A DNA stretch of 62,635 nt, counting the filler, from Globobulimina sp. (taxonomy: Eukaryota): the NCBI GenBank assembly GCA_003354225.1. It is 37 parts of 37 records of this genome, joined end to end, with 100 filler letters (N's around TTAATTAATTAA, not from the genome) between each part and the next. Parts side by side here need not be neighbours in the genome. Positions count along the whole stretch, not along the records: positions 61,042 to 62,635 come from PIVH01014371.1; 36 more parts are not named here. One strand, 5' to 3'. Positions 61,042 through 62,635 of the stretch are shown here, in pieces (the stretch's first letter is position 1; each line of letters begins with the position of its first letter). The notes beneath the pieces were generated by a model. That model saw only the letters and a program-made list of their open reading frames with translations. It was not told the DNA's origin and searched no databases. Position numbers and translations under genes: made by a program.

Positions 61042-62635
61042 TATTCAGCATCTGCTTCTTTAGTTTCTTCTGTTTCTTGGGTTTCTTGTTTTTCTTCTTT
61101 TGGGCTTTGCTCTACTTTTTTAATCTCTTCTTGTGTGAATGTATACAATTTATATGCCGAATCTACAAATTCATATAACAGTGTAATAATAAGTGCTAAC
61201 CCTTCATTTCCGATTTCTTGAGCAACAATTCCATTCAATAATTTTTCAAATAATGCAACGTCAAAAGAGTCTGTCTCTGATGGTTTATATTCATTTACTT
61301 TATTTTCCGATGTTATTTGCTTCAAACAACTTATACATTCATCCCATTGCCACATATGTGTGCCATCACTAATTGCATTTACATTTACATTTACATCAAA
61401 TAATTTAATAAACGCTGCAATAATTCTGCAAAATGAAGATTGTTGCGGCTTCATTGTATGATCACAAAGCAATGACCAAATTGACTCTGTTGCTTCGATT
61501 ACACTACAAAAAGAAACAAATATATCAAAACAAAAAAAGAAAACAAATGCCGAAACTATTGATTTTTTTTGAATGATTTTATTTGTTCAGCATTTGACTC
61601 GTTTTCTTTTTCAATCTCTGCTAATTTTGTATCAATTTCAGCTTTTATTTTTTCTTCATATTCATCTAATTTATTTTTTAAATTTTTTTCAAATTCTCTT
61701 TGTTTTAAATATTGGTTTACATCAATTTTCATTAAAATATCTTCAAATTTTGCGATATTGGCATCAACAAATTGAATCGTATCCGTGCTGTATAATTGTG
61801 AACTGCCCAAAGTATCCATTGATATTACATATTTTACGATTATTTGTGGTGGTTCAGCTGCCAACTCTTTTTCTTCTGTTTCTTCTTTTTCTTCTCCACA
61901 TATCTCTGGAATAGGATGTGGCCAATTCGGTCTTACTGTGATTAAATTCTTTAAAAATAACAAAATAATACAAACAAATATATATAACAAATATGGATAC
62001 ACTGTGCTTGAATTGCCTCATTATTTAAATATGATTTGACTGACGATTCAAATGATAGAAATGAGCCAACTTTTGGATATTTAAAAAAATGTAATTTATC
62101 TTTGTATGGGTTGGGTAATAATACATTTTTAATATGAATTTTTTTTCTTTGTTTTGGTGCTTGTGTTTCATTTTCATTTTCATTTTGTTCTGACTGTATT
62201 CAACATGCAATGCGTGGTTAAAATTGAACATAAATGCATAACATAACAGAACTTCTTTTAAAAGAAGAAAAACAATGCCTTTGCTTTCTGTCTCAATAAA
62301 CGTTGTATTCATTAAAAATTGATCCTGTTTTGAAGAGACAGCATTGTATAATAAACCATTTACATCTTCTTCATCTTTTTTTAATTGATATGGCGAACCA
62401 ATATAAACAGATACTGATTTTGTTTTATTTTCAATATATTGAGCCCATAATTCCATTGCATTTGATTTATTTTCGCATTTTGCAAGTTGTGCATAAAACT
62501 CTTCGTCATTTAATATATTCATTTTTGCTTCTTCTTCAATTTTGTGTCTCTCCAATTCTTTTTCTTGACGTTTTAATTCTAACTCTCCATCTTTTTTAAC
62601 CCAAAGAGCATTAATCTCTTTTTTCCATAATTATA
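61042..62635 (-). CDS. Multi-exon hypothetical Glu/Lys-rich protein, internal fragment
   Basis: Three successive minus-strand ORFs separated by short AT-rich intron-like gaps. Confidence 0.55.

Noticed and set aside
1-62635. Operon-like or gene-cluster interpretation across contigs
   Set aside because: Neighbouring contigs are adjacent only because of similar length

Overview
This window is not a continuous locus. It is 37 unrelated short contigs (1597 down to 1594 bp, sorted by length), each separated by an artificial 100-nt spacer (N44-TTAATTAATTAA-N44), so no gene neighbourhood can be read across a spacer. Most contigs are AT-rich eukaryotic nuclear DNA with short GT-AG introns (about 50-85 nt). 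A Retaria-type divergent beta-2 tubulin, plus RCC1, MYND, RGS, SAM-like and Cys-rich families, points to a foraminiferan. Abrupt chimeric junctions suggest a whole-genome-amplified sample. Recognisable host genes (mostly partial): clathrin heavy chain, NAE1, SCaMC carrier, DHHC palmitoyltransferase, Ulp1/SENP, VPS13, CD36, LanC-like, LicD, Nudix, GGCT, PhyH, GH128, PHB-depolymerase-like, sirtuin and an NRT2 nitrate transporter. Main highlights: (1) an intronless virus-like contig with a D5-type primase-helicase end, a Zn-ribbon-repeat endonuclease and an identical 23-nt hairpin-associated motif after each gene; (2) an intron-containing host gene with a phage/prokaryote-type COG2401-like ABC-ATPase; (3) a 'Swiss-Army-knife'-type RNA-repair protein (2H + TPR + phosphatase); (4) an NRT2 lacking its nitrate-binding Arg and a sirtuin lacking its catalytic His; (5) two MITEs with clear TSDs, one beside its empty site, and LTR-retrotransposon ends that may come from a co-sampled animal. 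All family assignments are by motif recognition, not database search.
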